NCBI RefSeq assembly: GCF_022539665.2
Contig: NC_081333.1
Span: 9,486,001-9,550,000 of the forward strand
From: Daphnia carinata
Taxonomy: Eukaryota
Direction of reading: 5' to 3'
Length of the DNA stretch: 64,000 nucleotides
Shown here: positions 48,741 through 60,828 of the stretch, one piece after another
Layout of the letters: each line of letters begins with the position of its first letter
Numbering within the stretch: position 1 is the first letter of the stretch
The notes under the pieces: model-generated
Databases searched by the model: none
What the model saw: the letters and a program-made list of their open reading frames with translations, nothing else
What the model was told of the DNA's origin: nothing
Made by a program: the position numbers and the translations under genes

Positions 48741-50613
48741 TTAGATGATGGACACTTCAAAATCTTTATCGCTGTTTTCTTTTGGAATTATTTCGCAAAA
48801 CTGTGCTTCTTCAAATGTCATGTCGTCAACGGCATAAGGACTATCTTCCAAAGCGAACGGGTGAGTACCATCGCCTGTTCTTTGAACGCGGCTGCGAATG
48901 ATTCCTTCCGGCACGCTTTTCAAGTCGTAAGCCAGACCAAGCCAAGCAAAGAAATCAATGAAAGCTTTCGTCATGTTTGTGCTGTATTTTCCTAATTCCG
49001 ATGCTTTGTAATCCCAGGGAAAAACATGGTGATAATTGTGCCATCCTTCACCGGACGTGATGAAAGCAATGAGCCGGTTCTCAGCAGGATTTATTCCCCT
49101 AGGTGAAGGAATTTGAGATTTTGTTAGTACGCAAGCAAATGTTTTAATTGAAATAATTTTTTTTTAAAGAAACCAACTTGTCGTATGGACGATTGCCCCA
49201 CATGTGTGCCGCACTGTTAACTAGCCTAAATTAAAAATTTTTATTATTGATTGTTTAAATATTGATGGAACAGGTCGTTAAGCAAACGAACCAGGTAGCG
49301 TTAAGCGTGATCACGTAGCGAAAGATTGAAGCCACGAAGAAGGCAGTTGCCAACGACTCGCCCCAATAATACCAAGGTACGACAGTTGGCATTACGAAAC
49401 AAAACATGAAAACCAATGGGATGTAGAACCTTAAACAAAAAATGTGTGTCATTATTTCAGGTATCCCGGAAACGGGTTGAATATGGAAGCAAAAGAGAAG
49501 CCATCTCCGTCGAAATTTTTTCATCGATTACGTGATTCCCGTCAGCCAGATGATCAGTTCATAGCTGACATCACCCATTTCAGGCCCTAATGTTGCCTAT
49601 TCCAATTTTAGGAAATCAATCAGTATGCGTCCCGACAATTTGCTAGAAAAACCCCCTATTGTTTTTAAGAAAGAACGCTGTGGGAGGGAAAATCATTTCA
49701 AATACCACCTCATTTACGGACCCCCTAAGAAAAACTCTAAACAGTAAGCTCATTCTAGTGATGGGTAGTACTATCCGGCGTGAGTGACGCATTTTCTCAC
49801 GCACTCACTTTCGCTGGTAGTAAACGACCGGATCTTGCAAAAGATCGCTGACGTCAACCGTCTTTCCCCGTCGAATGACTTCAGGATGTTTTTTGCATAA
49901 CAACCAGCCAACGTGAGCGAAGAAAAAACCTCGGCGAGCATTATGAGGGTCAGCATCAGTCTCACTAAACTTGTGATGGACACGGTGATCTCTGCTCCAA
50001 TCGTATATGTCATTCTATAAATAGAAAAAAGAAAGGGAAAACCACATGAAAGTATGGACGGCAAAATACCTTGCACAATGCCCGTATCCTGTTTTATTCT
50101 TACCTGCAGAGCAAGGGTTTGTCCCACAGCTGCAAAGACACGTAAAGGCAATTTCGCCTTGTAACAGCGATGCGCCCATAATCGGTGAGCCCCACCCGTT
50201 ATCCCGAATCCACCGAAAATAAACAAAGCGAAGGCTGCATGGAAAAAGTAAAGGACATGACAAAAGGAAATAGTCGAGTGTGTAAAATGTTAAAACGAGG
50301 CAGTTGTTGACTGCTCGAAAGAGTAATCTGGATACTTACACCAAACTAAAGTTGCCAGTTTAGTTGCAGTGAAACAGAGATAGAATCCATACAACGCAGC
50401 GACATGGAGGTAAAGGAAAATCAAAACATTTCTCCAGACGATTTGCACTTCTGGTTGGTACTGGACTTTGCCAACTGCCCTATGACCAGCATCCGTTTTA
50501 TGAGGAAGAGACTGTTTGTTATTGTTGCACTTTGCCTTCTCGCTAATAATAGCCGAATCATCAACAAGCTTGGCAGGCACGCTAGGAGTTGTGGCGTTCT
50601 TCATTGCCCCCAT
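48741..50613 (-). CDS. Acyl-CoA delta-9-type (SCD-like) fatty acid desaturase, 6 coding exons
   Basis: IVWRNV, GITGGAHRLWAH, HRVHHKF, HNARRGFFFAHVGW, LVNSAAHMWGNRPYD, GEGWHNYHHVFPWDY: three histidine boxes. Confidence 0.95.
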
Positions 50614-51549
50614 CGTATCAAGTCTTCTGCTGCGGGACGGAAATTCAAGTGAGAAATATGATTAATGCTTGGCAATCATTTTTTACATTCATGTTATCAT
50701 TAGATATAAAACGAACGAGGAACGTGCTAGATAATTGATTCAAAAAGGATGTCATTGTTATTCTAGTTTTTTTAACATTTGCCATTTAGCGAACAAACAA
50801 CGAAAATTTTCACAACGCATGGTAACTCTTTTTTCATCCACATTGCAATGCTGAAAGTGACCATTGAACTCAGTCAATCAAGGATTCGTCAAGTTTACAA
50901 ACCGTTGACGACTGATTAACGTCAGATCAGGAAAAGACCACTTGCGGCGAGGGAACTGTTCTTACTGTAACTGACTGAGCGTGCACAAGAATAATGTAAG
51001 TCAATAATGAAAAGTCAGCCGGAGACTATGTCGTCATCGCTATTGCATGAGCCAATACGTTACGAAAAACGACGAAAAAAAAGACACTGCTGATGGCTTA
51101 TCCGCTTAGTAGGCATTACATTAGCACAGTTCGATGGAATATTACTTGGCAGTTGCTGTTCTTCAGGTCAGAATACAATCTAGTTGACGGAAGACCTCGC
51201 CCCAACCTCCACGCACGACGGCTGCACTGGTACTAAAGCCGTAAGGCTTGCAGTGATCGAGAGTACAATGAGAAATGTGAGTAAGGGAGTTCACAGAATT
51301 TTTATTTTTTTACAGGAAAAGGCTGGCCAAAAGCACAGCTAGTTTGAGCCAAAGTGCAAGCCGGTGTTCAAGCTTTTGAACTTTAACCAATCGCTTTGCA
51401 GTGAAATGCTCTGTTACAAGATATTCGAGAACTCGAGTAAGGGCCACGTTGCAATTCAGTGGCATGGTCTTTTCCACGTAGTATGAGTTTCCAAAAACAC
51501 TCCTCAGGGTGTGGCATCCAGAATCTAAAATTGAAATGGATACAGCAAA

Positions 51550-53120
51550 AGTTTTAACTTGAAAAACCAACGATTCGCGAGGATTTGTTCAAAAGACTTT
51601 GCTTGTCATTACTTTTGTCATACAATAAAATTAGACGCCTCATGAGACAATGCAACATGAGGATCATTTTCCTCATATCAGTGTTTAATTTTGAGTTTAA
51701 CGTGTAATTTATTATAAAATTCCAAGTGGTATACTTTTTTCGTAAAATTTGTGGTCTTGAAAATAAGCCCGACAAAATAAGCCCGACTTTTCCAACAATT
51801 TAGTATTTTTTCCAAAATCTTCAATTTAGCAATGAACACCTATGATTTAAGTTAGAAATAAGCGAAAATCCCAAAATTTGACTTTCTATTTTTCTTGAGC
51901 TTAGAAATTTCTGAAATAAACGGAAAAACGGAAATAATTGTTGGCGCGCCAGTACGGTATAGCGCAGTCGTACAGCCCAGTATTCAATATATTTTATAAA
52001 CTGCTTTGAAAAAAAAAAAAATTTTTTCTAAATCCGGCGTTTAATTTTGAGTATAACATGTAATTTATTAAAGAATTCCAAATGGAATACTTTTTTTTGT
52101 TAAATAGTTGGTCTTGAGAATAAGCCCGACAAAATAAGCCGCTAGCACGTTCCGGCGCTAACGTTCTACATCTCATTTATTAGGTATATTTCAAAAGCAA
52201 TTGATATTTACGAAAAAGCGAATCATCTTTCTGTATAAGCATTAAATTCTAAGTGTATTGTGTGATTTTTTGACGTATTCTAAGAGATTTCGATTTTTGG
52301 CTGATTTTGACAAAAGTGAGAAGGCTATAGCCTTCTTACTTTTTCATTTTTGGCCAAATTTCAGATTTGGCTTAAAATATACGATTTTGATGCAGAATTG
52401 AATGCTGATCACGAAAATCTAGTTTATTTTCCAATTAGTCTTATAGTTTTAGAATTAAACCAAAAAAAAACAAAAGGTAGGGCTTATTTTGTCGGGCTTA
52501 AAAGTTCTGTTTATTTTCCTATTTAAAAAATAACATCCTTCAATCTAGTTAACTATGTATGACTAAGATTCAAAATTTCACAAAGAATACGAAAATGAAC
52601 TTTGTTTTTATGTAGAGCTTGTGGTTTTTGAGTAATTTGAAATATAAAAGTTGGTGCGATAGAAGTGTTAAGCCCGCCAAAATAAGCCCGACTTTTCCAT
52701 CAACTTTTTATTTTTCCAAAATCTTCAATTTAGCCATGAACAGGTGTGATTTAGAAATCTGGCATTTATTGGGTTTTTTTTAAAATCACATTATACTCAA
52801 AATTGAATGGTGATTCTGAAAAAATTCTATTTTTTTCAATGAGACCAACCGTTTTAAAATTGTACCATTATTTGTGTAGTTAAAAAAAAAATATTTTGCA
52901 TGGTGTTAGCGCCGCTGTCTACTGGCGCGCCATTGCATACTGGCGCGGTGCTGCAGTTCAATATACTGGTGGGAATTTCCGCTAAAAAATCTGCAAAATC
53001 TGAGACTTCATTGGAATTTTTTTAAATAACAGAATATACTAAAAATTGAATGCTGATTCCGAGACAATTTTATTTTCATTGGGAATTTTCGTGGTAATTT
53101 TGTCTTAAAAAATCGAAAAA
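51550..53120. mobile_element. AT-rich modular non-autonomous transposon-like (MITE/foldback-like) element with direct and inverted subrepeats; boundaries approximate
   Basis: TAAGCCCG(A/C)CAAAATAAGCC at about 51763, 52121 and 52670, with the reverse complement at about 52480; 51948-52626 is nearly identical to 59809-60655; no coding capacity. Confidence 0.7.
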
Positions 53121-53272
53121 AGTTTTTGGCAGCAGTGTTGAACGTTGACATCTGACGTGGTCGTTAGGGGAGAATGTTTTGATTTTGGGTTTAGTCATAG
53201 AATTGAAAGAAAGCTAATGAATTAATGAAAAAGTTATCTAAATGTGGGTAGCTTAGTGCTAAATTGAAGTAA

Positions 53273-56200
53273 ATGGACCAACAGCAGAGAGGTAGAGGGC
53301 GTGGAATTCCGGCTCAAAACGTTTGGGCTACCCGAGCTGAAACCCATTCCAGAAGTACGAATACCGGTCGGCAACAGAATACTAATAAGCAATCAATCAA
53401 AGATATTCCTAATTCAACAAGGAAGTTCGAAGAAGCATGTGCACAAATAAAGGCCAGCGTTGACAAACATGTAGCCAAGCTCACTGAGGAACTTAGTGAT
53501 TCGGGCTCAGAAGAAGATGAAACTAATAATGATAACAGCATTATTTCAACAGTCCTTAATCTTTATGGCAAAAGTAGCAATGAGCTTGGAAAAATTGAGC
53601 AGGTTCTAAAAGATAGTCTTAGAAGTGGAACATCCGTGTGCTTAATTTGTATAGCTTCTGTTAAAAAATCTGATTTTATTTGGTCTTGCACCAAATGCTA
53701 CTGCAGTCTTCACTTGCCCTGTATTCAAAGATGGTCAAAAGATAGTATTTATTTTCAAACTGAGGCTGCATCAGATCAGTTAGCTCCAGGCCAACTCGTG
53801 GACCCTAGAAAATTCAACTGGTGTTGGTAAATCTTGCAGAAAAATTTCATTAAAATAAAACATTAGATATTTTAAATACTGTTTTTTAGTCCTAAATGTC
53901 GAGCAGAATATCCTCAAGGATCAATTCCATCAAGATACTTTTGCTACTGTTTGAAAACTCAGGATCCCCGATTTGATCCTTGGCTTGTTCCCCATTCTTG
54001 TGGAGCTAAATGTGAAAAGTTATTGCAGCCAGAGTGCAAACATACGTGTCTCCTTCTCTGCCATCCAGGTATTTGTTTTTTTCTACTAAAAGTTTTGAAT
54101 AGGAGTGAAGTTTGCATTACTTGCTTTCAGGTCCGTGTCCGCCTTGTCCCCAAACGGTCTCAGTCTCGTGCTTTTGCGCGAAATCTCCAGTGGAAACTCG
54201 CCGTTGCAGCTCACAGACATGGTCTTGTGGGAAAAAGTGTTCAAAACTATTGTCGTGCAAAGAACACAGGTGCGAAGTTATTTGTCATTCTGGTATTTGT
54301 CCACCTTGCCCGAAAAAGAGCTCTCAAAACTGTTTATGTGGCTCAAAAAAGGAAGAAAGACCCTGCCACTCTATTGAATTTCAATGTGATAAGGTATCCA
54401 ACTTCACACCCTTCAATCTGTTATGTCATTGTCATTCTTGTTTCTTCCAGGTCTGTGGAAAGATGCTGGATTGTGGTCATCACAGATGTGAAACTATCTG
54501 TCACGCTGGAAAGTGCGCAACCTGTCCTCTAGCGTTGCCAGTAGGATCTTACAAATAAGTAATGCACGGTTTCATATCTAATACTTGCCCGAATGTAAAT
54601 TACAGCGCACTTGTCCATGTGGGAAAAAGGCTGTAACAGTGGCATGCACAGTAGAGGTCGGCGGATGCGGAGATACTTGCGGCAAATTGCTAGAATGCGG
54701 CATTCATGAGTGTGCCGAAAGATGCCACAAAGGGAAATGCGGGACCGTAAGTTTCATGTACTATCATCTCGCGTTCAATTTTTGGAACTGAACCTATTAT
54801 TGTTTCGTCACAGTGTTGGCAAATGCGAGTTCAATCTTGTCGTTGTGGCCTAAAGAAAAAAGAACTTCCGTGCTATAAAGAATTCCAGTGCGAGACGAAG
54901 TGCAAGCACGTAAAAGACTGCAGACGTCATCCTTGCAACCGCAAAGTAGCTTCTATATTTGAATTATGTTGGAGATAAGTAATCGGTGAAACATAAGAAA
55001 ACATGATTTTTGAAATTCTAGTGCTGTACCGGTTCTTGCCCTCCGTGCGATCAGGTTTGTAATCGGCCACTTGGATGTAAAAACCACAAGTGCACGAGTA
55101 GATGTCATCAAGGTCCATGCTATCCTTGTGACCGAACTGTCGACATTACTTGTTCATGCGGTCGGACCAAAATCACAGTTCCGTGTGGGCGCGAAAAACA
55201 AACCAAACCTCCAAAGTGTTCACTTTCATGCACGTAAGTATTTTTGGTTAATTTGGTTTGCCTCGTTGATACTTCATTCGGTTGACGTGAAACATTTAAA
55301 CCAGCAAGCCACCTGATTGCCACCATGAGAGTCGCACGAAACATGTTTGTCACGCGGGATCTTGTCCGCCATGCAAACAAACTTGTCTAAAAGTCTCAGA
55401 ACGCTGCGGTCACATATGTAAAGCGCCATGTCATACGTCGGTTTTAGTTCAAGTCGCTGCTCCTAGTCAGCAGAGAGCTGGTCCATGGGAACCCGAACAA
55501 GCGCCTAAGATGGAAATCAGAAAGCTACCGTGTCCTCCGTGTCCTGTAGGGTTTTTTTTAGACATTTGCTGTACGTAGCAGCAGATGAAAATAATCGATT
55601 TCTTCTTATCTTAAGGTACCTGTACCAGTGACTTGCTTGGGAGAACATGAAACGGCCGATTGGCCATGTCATTTGTCTGTACCATCCTCTTGTGGTCGAC
55701 CGTGTGGGCGTGAACTCTACTGTACAAACCATACCTGTATGAAATCTTGTCACGTGGTGTCTGTGAATCCCGTGAGTGGCCCATTTCTCTGTTCACGTTT
55801 CCCTGGACAAGGAAAAATCGATTTAACATGGAACTATTTATGTAGAGAAATTGCCAGCAATGCGAGGAGGTTTGTTCAAAGAATCGACCCGAGGGCTGTA
55901 CCCATCCGTGTTCTAGGGGGAAATGCCACCCCGGTCCTTGCCCGGTAATTTACTTTGCGCAGTTGTTCGTTTCTTTGAAACAAACATGTGGCTTATTAAC
56001 TTTAATCTGATTAATTAATTTAGACTTGCACCAAACTGATTAAACATAGCTGCCATTGGTATGTTAGTATTTCTGTTATATAACTCCTTTATTAGAGGCG
56101 ATTGCCACATTGCTCCCCGTTCTTCCATTTTTATTTCCAGTGGACTCAATCCCCAACTGGTTCGCTGTAATGAGCTGAGCGACTCTAGCGCTCCAGGCAG

Positions 56201-57015
56201 CACTCCTAGCCGAGAACAACTACTTAGCTGCAAGGATCGCTGCCCTAAGTTATTGGTAAGACAGCCTAGGGACTCGTATATTTTACACTAATTTCTTTAC
56301 CGAAGAGTCGATAGCAGATTAAATCTACACACCACTTCTCCCTGAGCGATTCCATTTGCATAGTTTGACATTTCTCGATAGCCCATTCTGGGCTATAGTG
56401 CACCCCTTGGTCCTTCTCAATTCATAATGCACAACTGATTCAATTGCTCTCCGTAGCCTTGCAAACACCGATGTCCACTGTCTTGCCACTCCGGTGACTG
56501 TGCCGCTCAACTGGATTGCGTCACTACTGTTCACGTGAGCTGCCCTTGCAAGCGTATTAAAAAATCCATGGCATGCAACGTCCGTTCAAAGCAGCCGGCT
56601 ATGTCGTGTGATGACATCTGTCGTCGTAAGAAAGATCAGGAGTTAAAGGTATGACTAACAATACTGTACCAGCACCCTAGCGTGCTGTGATCTAATATGA
56701 GTTACACTTTGATGGCATCGCACGACAGTGCTTTCCTCATGGGAAGAAGTTGAAATGCCAATATGAAACTTTTTTTTTCTTTTTTAAACGTAGTTAAAAG
56801 AGGAGAAGGAACGCGCCCAGCGAGAAGAAGAGGAAAAACGCAACCGAATCGAATTGGAGCAATTCCAGCGCAAGTTCGACAAACGGCGCAACAAGGATCG
56901 ACGGCGCCCCGATGAGCCATCGGCTCCACCCTCGCGTCCCATTCAGTTCTACGTTCTGGTTGTTGCTGTAATCCTGGTGGCCATCATAATGGCTTTTATG
57001 TGGTCTCGGGTTTAA
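53273..57015 (+). CDS. NFXL1: NF-X1-type zinc finger protein NFXL1 (RING/PHD-like domain, repeated NF-X1 fingers, C-terminal transmembrane segment), multi-exon
   Basis: [33 protein letters not shown], repeated CHxGxCPPC, C-terminal [22 protein letters not shown] at 57013-57015. Confidence 0.92.
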
Positions 57016-59631
57016 GAGGGGATTCAACATTAATATCAATCAATTTCACTGGGGGCTTACAGGAAGGGGAAAAGAATAAACGCTATTGCAACCTTAGCAT
57101 CCGTTTTGATCAATAAGCCAATTCATCATAGCGGGAGAGAGCCTAAAAGTGGGGTGTTGGTTTTGTGGTCGTCTAGCCAACTGACGCTAGCAATGTTTGT
57201 AATGAGACCGCCCGACAAACATACCAGCCATGAAGCTCGTCCATCATTGAAGGTGGAAGGAGTCGAGTGTAGGAAATGGCAGAACGAGAGGGATTGCGTT
57301 CCTTCGCCACTTGGGTTCGCAAGACGCCAAGACTCGCCCCTATAACTCGGCTTAATGGCGCTTCCTTTAGTTCATCTCCTTCAACCATTCATACGTGTTT
57401 TCGCTGTTGGCTTTTCAGCGTGGAAAGCCTCATCGTCTAGCCAAATCTTTCGAATCGATTCTCATCATACCTCGCATGCTATATCCATCTTCCTTGCAGC
57501 AGGTTTTCTCCATCTCTCGCTATCTTCTATCTATCTAATATGCCGCCTTCCTCTTTGGCCCGTGATGCTCTTCATACCATACGTTTAAAAAAATCCATTT
57601 TTTAGTTCTCTACTCCTTCAATGTTTTTAAATTTCTATCTTTTGTTTGCGCTCAGGGTAGGAGGGCAACCGGTTCGCTGTTTGCACGTTCATACCAGAAG
57701 TTTTTTTTCAATTCGATGCTCCTTTTGTCGTTGTTGTTATTGTAGAACTCATCCGCCTTCTTTGCTTTTTCTTTTGTGTAGCGATGCTGACGGTGTTCTG
57801 GAATTGTCATTGTGGAAGTCGTCCATTTTTTTTCCACTTCTGGTTTCAATCTTGCAATAGGCATTCCAGCTGCTCGACTCGTCACATCGAAGAAACTGAA
57901 GAGAGAAAGTGCTAGTTCTGGTAAGGCTTGATGCTATTTCAATAAAGCCAAAAAGAGACCTGGCAGTTGGACAAAAGAAATCGAGAGTGCGAGAAAAGGT
58001 TGCATTAATGGGAGAAGGGAATCCAATCCAGTTCGGTCAGATGGATTCAACTTAGTGCGTGTGTACAATGCGCAATAGTATTATCCAACGACCTTCTTTT
58101 TCCGTACGTCTTTGACAAGTCGCCTTTTATTTGACAGACGGGCATATGACGTGTGCCCGCCAAAACAACGAGCATATATAATATAATACGAACTCGTGAT
58201 TTCGTTATAAGCAGTTTGTCCTGTCATGGAAACATGTTCTGCTTGACGTGTCTCTACTTCCATATAGTTCCCATGTGTTACACACCCATCGAGAACAGTC
58301 ATTTCTTTTTATAGCCTATATAGCCCTATAATGCTGTAGCTGCCCTATTCCTGGAACTTGTGTCAAATTTTAACTTGGGAAACGATCTTTTTTTTTATTA
58401 TTACGATAGCCCTACGTGGTGAGCACCGAACTAGGGTTTAATCCCGTTTGTTGCCGGATGTGCTGCAGAACTGACAAAGAAATGCAACGGACGGGAATGG
58501 CGACTTTTCCTAAGTCATCCAGCACCAATGTCCCGTGTGGCGTCGGTAAGACGTTGCAAGTCAAACAATACGGACGTACGTTCTTGATTGACGTCGACTG
58601 TCGGCGGTAAAGCGAATACGCAAAATGATGGACTCACGAACAGACATGAAAGATGAATGAGAAGGGCTTCATGTAGGTTCTTCACATATATAGACCACGC
58701 CCAAACAGCTGAAGAAAACGAGGAACATTTTACAAGAAAAAGAAATATTGTGTCTGTAATTGGAGGGGCTGGTCTCATCGTTCAGTGAACGGTGGATTAT
58801 ATAACGAAGAGAATTAAAAAAGAACTGACATTGTTGCCATGGCTACAAAGCGTAAATCTACTTGCACGATTGTAGGATGAATTTGCTCCGTTCTTCTCGG
58901 CGTTGAAGCAGCATGCACGAATTATAGCGAGAACAAGTGAAAATGAAGAGAACAGATTCCCAATTGTGTCTGCTCCGGACAAGAGCCCTTAGTCAGGAAA
59001 ATGAAGGTTCTATTGGAAGCTAATGCCGGACGACGCCTTTGCTATATTCTATGCCGTATTGATTGAAGGGAGAACGCGCCATAGCTGGGTGTTTTCTCAA
59101 CAACCGCCCACTACTGGTCTTCGCTGGTGCATTCATACGCTTTCATGAGGTCTTCATGTCTTGTCTTCAATGCTTCAAATCTCGAAGCGATCTATCTCTT
59201 TTGAACTATCGATAGGTTTTTGTTCTTCAATCACGCACGTCTTTCTTTCTCTTCTTACCATTTTTTTTGAGCGGCGAATGAGAGGTATGCCTCACCCAGT
59301 TTTTTTTTGTTGCCTCTTCTTCAATTCTTACTTTCAGCGATCGATTCACGCAGCTTTTCATCCACTTTGCAGTTTCTCTATTTTCCTCAATTTATATGCG
59401 TTCACAACGTTCGGGTTTTGACTGAACCGTCAATGCAGCTTACGGCCTTTTCCATACATATATGTATATTTAAAATCGAATTACTTGCCACTTTCAAGAA
59501 CGAACAAAAAGGTGAAATAGGACATGGAAAAACTTATTTCACTTCGAGCCCTTTTACCGTGTTACATTCCAGGAAAAAAGAGAAGGGAAAACGAACATTA
59601 TTTTTTTCATGTTCTTGGCAAAACGAAGAAC

Positions 59632-59802
59632 AAGTAAAACTTTGACACCTTCTCCATCATTTAGGCCGCTATCTAAGTGCAACCCGCGGCGAGTTCACAA
59701 CGAATTAGTTTTCCAACCGTGTTAACTCTATCACCAACCGTTAATCGATCTGGATTCATAAAGAAATATAACGAAGTTTAACCCAATGAAATATTATGTT
59801 CC
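59632..59802 (+). repeat. About 171-bp direct repeat, copy 1 (copy 2 at 60657-60828)
   Basis: AAGTAAAACTTTGACACCTTCTC...AATGAAATATTA.GTTCC present twice with scattered substitutions. Confidence 0.9.
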
Positions 59803-59808
59803 GACCGT

Positions 59809-60655
59809 GCCAGTACGGTATAGCGCAGTCGTACAGCCCAGTATTCAATATATTTTTTAAAAAGCTGCTTTGAAAAAAATGAATAATTTTTCTAAATTCG
59901 GCGTTTAATTTTGAGTATAAGATGTAATTTATTATAGAATTCCAAATGGTATACTTTTTTTTGTTAAATAGTTGGTCTTGAGAATAAGCCCGACAAAATA
60001 AGCCCTACTTTTCCACCAATTTTTTATTTTTTCTAAATCTTCAATTTAACAATCAACGGCTGTGCTTTCGAATTATAATAAACGTAAATCACGAAAATTC
60101 CTATTTACGTGTAATTTATCATAGAATTCCATGTGTTATATTTATTTTTTTTTTGCCAAACACAGTTGTGTGCTAGCACGTTCCGGCGCTAACGTTTTAC
60201 ATCTCATTTATTAGGTATATTTCAAGAGCAATTGATTTTACGGAAAAACGAATCATTTTTTATGAATCAGCATTAAATTCTAGGTATACTGTGTGATTTT
60301 TAACGTATTCCAAGAGATTTCGATTTTTGGCTGATTTTGACAAAAGTGAGAAGGCTATAGCCTTCTTACTTTTTCATTTTTGGCCAAATTTCAGATTTGG
60401 CTTAAAATATACGATTTTGATGCAGAATTGAATGCTGATCACGAAAATCTAGTTTATTTTTCAATTAGCCTTATAGTTTTAGAATTAGACCTTAAAAACC
60501 AAGAGTTCGGGCTTATTTTGTCGGGCTTAAAATTTTTATTTATTTTCCTATTTAAAAAATAACATCCTTCAATCTAGTTAACTATGTATGACTAAGATTC
60601 AAAATTTCACAAGGAACACGAAAATGAACTTTGTTTTTATGTAGAGCTTATGGTT
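59809..60655. mobile_element. Second copy of the same element family, with an extra segment at 60005-60171
   Basis: Direct-orientation match to 51948-52626, from GCCAGTACGGTATAGCGCAG to GTAGAGCTT.TGGTT. Confidence 0.75.
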
Positions 60656-60656
60656 A

Positions 60657-60828
60657 AAGTAAAACTTTGACACCTTCTCTATCATTTAGTCCGCTATCTA
60701 ACTGCAGCCCGCGGCGAGTTTACAACGAATTAGTTTTCCAACCCTGTTAACTCTATCACCAACCGTTAGTCGATCTGGATTCATAAAAGAAATGAATCGA
60801 AGTTTAATCCAATGAAATATTAGGTTCC
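60657..60828 (+). repeat. About 172-bp direct repeat, copy 2
   Basis: Matches 59632-59802. Confidence 0.9.

Noticed and set aside
51760..52700. Recurring ~22-bp motif considered as a CRISPR-like array
   Set aside because: Eukaryotic context, irregular spacing, mixed orientation and no cas genes; better explained as transposon subrepeats
57106..59421. Scattered ORFs downstream of NFXL1, including 57652-57885 (-)
   Set aside because: No recognisable domain; could be a decayed element or lncRNA, but this cannot be supported from sequence alone
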